From Gemmatimonadaceae bacterium (GTDB lineage: Bacteria > Gemmatimonadota > Gemmatimonadetes > Gemmatimonadales > Gemmatimonadaceae): DNA of 64,000 nucleotides. The stretch lies in the NCBI GenBank assembly GCA_036003045.1, contig DASYSS010000104.1:94901-158900 (forward strand), in the 5' to 3' direction. The position numbers were made by a program, and so were the translations under genes. Positions 63,935 through 64,000 of the stretch are shown in pieces. How positions within the stretch are numbered: the stretch's first letter is position 1; each line of letters starts with the position of its first letter. Under the pieces are notes generated by a model that was given only the letters and a program-made list of their open reading frames with translations, searched no databases and had not been told where the DNA came from.

Positions 63935-64000
63935 GGTCGCTTTTCTCCGGCTTGCTTCGTCCGGGCATCGTACAGCGTGAGCAGCAACGTCTGCGCCTTT
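63931..64000 (-). CDS. 3' end of an unidentified upstream gene (partial)
   Basis: The minus-strand frame reads ...KAQTLLLTLYDARTKQAGEKRP*, and its TGA overlaps the DUF4159 ATG (ATGA). It is too short to assign. Confidence 0.35.
   Translation of the reverse strand, partial: KAQTLLLTLYDARTKQAGEKRP

Overview
The window is visibly GC-rich (not computed) and densely coding, with about 56 protein-coding genes. I found no rRNA, tRNA, CRISPR array, transposase or integrase. The gene content points to a Gemmatimonadota- or Acidobacteriota-type chromosome, but that is inference only. The supporting families are PadR regulators paired with duplicated FtsX/MacB-type 'orphan' permeases (ADOP-like), CarboxypepD_reg/TonB-dependent outer-membrane proteins, DUF4159/MoxR/DUF58/BatA, DUF1080 and bacilliredoxin.

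Main blocks:
- 1-8.4 kb: outer-membrane and permease genes, an M28 peptidase and a DinB-like protein.
- 8.5-13.4 kb: two Ser/Thr kinases flanking a Tat-exported MsrB and an HExxH protein.
- 15.4-16.3 kb: an 850-bp gene-poor gap holding an orphan promoter, a structured-RNA candidate, a small ORF and a strong terminator.
- 16.7-21.7 kb: cytochrome c with DUF1080, bacilliredoxin with a GroES-like protein, and an amino-acid permease.
- 21.8-27.7 kb: ECF sigma factor, FecR, an STN-TonB receptor, then mmsA.
- 29-32 kb and 44-50 kb: three PadR-ADOP modules.
- 32-37 kb: PQQ dehydrogenase, GMC flavoprotein, Tat small subunit and lepB.
- 37.5-42.4 kb: a SWIB protein, an ArsR/SdpI/hydrolase operon, and nfo with a BNR lipoprotein.
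- 42.5-44.2 kb and 50.4-52.8 kb: pruA, a CsbD-like protein, and an ornithine-cyclodeaminase / threonine-dehydratase-like pair.
- 53-64 kb: an 11-kb co-directional cluster, DUF4159 - MoxR - DUF58 - BatA/VWA - 1287-aa Q/G-rich membrane protein - 4x zinc-ribbon protein - SPFH+GYF protein.

The 53-64 kb cluster is my best candidate for an undescribed system. Several intergenic regions also carry unusual arrays of short (about 7-8 bp) repeat units and long perfect inverted repeats.

All family assignments come from motif-level reading of the translated ORFs. No searches were run.
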